Shown here one piece after another: positions 62,423 through 64,000 of a stretch of 64,000 nucleotides of DNA. The stretch comes from Eledone cirrhosa. Taxonomy: Eukaryota. Both the position numbers and the translations under genes were made by a program. The notes below the pieces were generated by a model. It did no database searches and had not been told where the DNA came from. It worked only from the letters and a program-made list of their open reading frames with translations. The stretch covers positions 27,805-91,804 of the forward strand of contig CAXHJY010001485.1 of the NCBI GenBank assembly GCA_964016885.1, written 5' to 3'. Numbering within the stretch: position 1 is the stretch's first letter; every line of letters begins with the position of its first letter.

Positions 62423-62867
62423 GTGTGTATATATATGTATATAAATATATATGTGTGTGTATATATATGTATATATATATGTGTGTGTATATATATGTAT
62501 ATATATATATATATGTGTGTGTGTGTATATATATATATATATAGTAAAAAATTGAACGGGAACAAAACAGAGAGGCAGTATGAACAAAGGTTTATTAGTT
62601 TCACGCTCTTGTGTGTGTGCGTATATATATATACATATATATTATAAAGTGGGGAGACAGCTTTAAAGGTACATCATCAATTTATTATATAATATATATA
62701 GCATCTGATGAGAATCCTAAAAGTTCAAAAATCGATATTTACCATTTTCGTAATTTCCAAGGAAATACCCAAACTTGTCATTTTTACTTTTTCAACGTGT
62801 AAATCGTCTCACTTAGAATTATGATGTATATACAAAGATATAATTTCATTATATATATATAATATAG

Positions 62868-63092
62868 TTCAAATCCCTTACGGGGTCGATAAAATAAAGT
62901 ACCAGTAATACACTGGGTTATTGCTGCCCTTGAGCCAAAATTAGAAACAATTATATATATATACATATATATATAATTGCTTCTACTTTTGGCACAAGGC
63001 CAGCAATTACCCCAGTACATTACTGGTACTTTATTTTATCGACCCCGTAAGGATGAAAGGCAAAGTTAACCTCGACGGGATTTGAACTCAAA
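62868..63092. mobile_element. Two tail-to-tail inverted octopus-type SINE halves
   Basis: ccttacggggtcgataaaataaagtaccagtaat / attactggtactttattttatcgaccccgtaagg. Confidence 0.7.
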
Positions 63093-63250
63093 TATATATA
63101 TATATAATGTATAATAAACAATACAATATAATTATCTCATTACCAGAGGTTTCCCGAATAAGACAATTCACTATCCAGATGGCTTCCAAAAATAATGGTC
63201 GCATTTTAAAAGGGTACGTCAAAGCTTATTTGTAAAACTGTTATATATTG

Positions 63251-63315
63251 TATTTTGTCTGATGAAGGCATACCATAATTTAATTTGGTATCCCTGAAAT
63301 ATGTATAATGAAATA
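63251..63315 (+). ncRNA. Type I hammerhead (family A2), in insert 63211-63446
   Basis: Same sequence as 36628-36692. Confidence 0.87.
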
Positions 63316-63443
63316 AATATGGTTTTATAAATATAGTTTCCATTTATTAATATCGTATATTTACTCCAAATACTTGTCGAGTGCTTTATATCAGTTATAA
63401 AAATATTTACTTGTTGTATCCGAACAATTTTAAATAGAACTTT

Positions 63444-63493
<50 letters not shown>

Positions 63494-63515
63494 TATGTAT
63501 ATATATATGTATATG

Positions 63516-63567
<52 letters not shown>

Positions 63568-63577
63568 TATGTATATA

Positions 63578-63657
<80 letters not shown>

Positions 63658-63863
63658 GAGTAGGGTTCCTAGTATAAGTATATATATATATACTTATAAA
63701 TATATATATATATATATATGGAAAGTTATATTTAAATTGTTGGGTTACAACTAGTAAATATTTATAACTGATATAAAAGCACTCGACAAACTCGACAAGT
63801 ATTTGGAGTATATTTACGATATTAAATAAATGGAAACTATATTTATATTTATAAAACCATATC

Positions 63864-63929
63864 TATTTCATTATATATATTTCAGGGATATCATATTAAC
63901 AATATGCTATGCCTTCCTCAGACAAAATA
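63864..63929 (-). ncRNA. Type I hammerhead (A2-related), in insert 63720-63975
   Basis: Reverse complement tattttgt CTGAGGA aggCatagca..tgatatCcct GAAA tatataTA atgaaata. Confidence 0.78.
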
Positions 63930-64000
63930 CAATATAAACAGTTTTATAGATAAATAGATTTGACATACCGTACAACATCGACTTGTATTTGAAAAGTCAA

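Noticed and set aside
62701-62745. CTGATGA gaatcc..ttc aaaa possible HHR
   Set aside because: GAAA is absent and helix I is unpaired; at best a decayed copy.

Overview
AT-rich animal DNA, most likely octopus/cephalopod (inferred from the SINE types and extreme (TA)n content). It is dominated by (TA)n/(CA)n microsatellites, minisatellites and transposon debris. Nearly all supplied ORFs are low-complexity artefacts. The real coding remnants are retroelements: a Neptune-like Penelope element (RT + GIY-YIG, one frameshift, 23917-25562), a second Penelope 3' end (30614-31210), an RTE LINE RT (41198-42485) and CR1/L2-like, RTE, CRE-like and RLE-type fragments. Non-coding elements include Helitrons, MITEs and tRNA-derived SINEs. 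The main hidden signal is in the short unique islands between (TA)n tracts. By eye I find about 19 type I hammerhead ribozyme (HHR) motifs with intact cores, plus mutated and half copies, from roughly 8-10 sequence families. They sit in short Penelope-derived inserts with a stereotyped asymmetric fold-back: both 3' ends point outward into (TA)n, and the short arm stops just before a cross-family ACTC-Nn-GAGT tail motif. The HHRs show recurrent non-canonical features: a C.C mismatch in helix II, a U.U at the first helix II pair, a U3-A8 core swap and a palindromic helix III. All calls are manual; no searches or folding programs were run.
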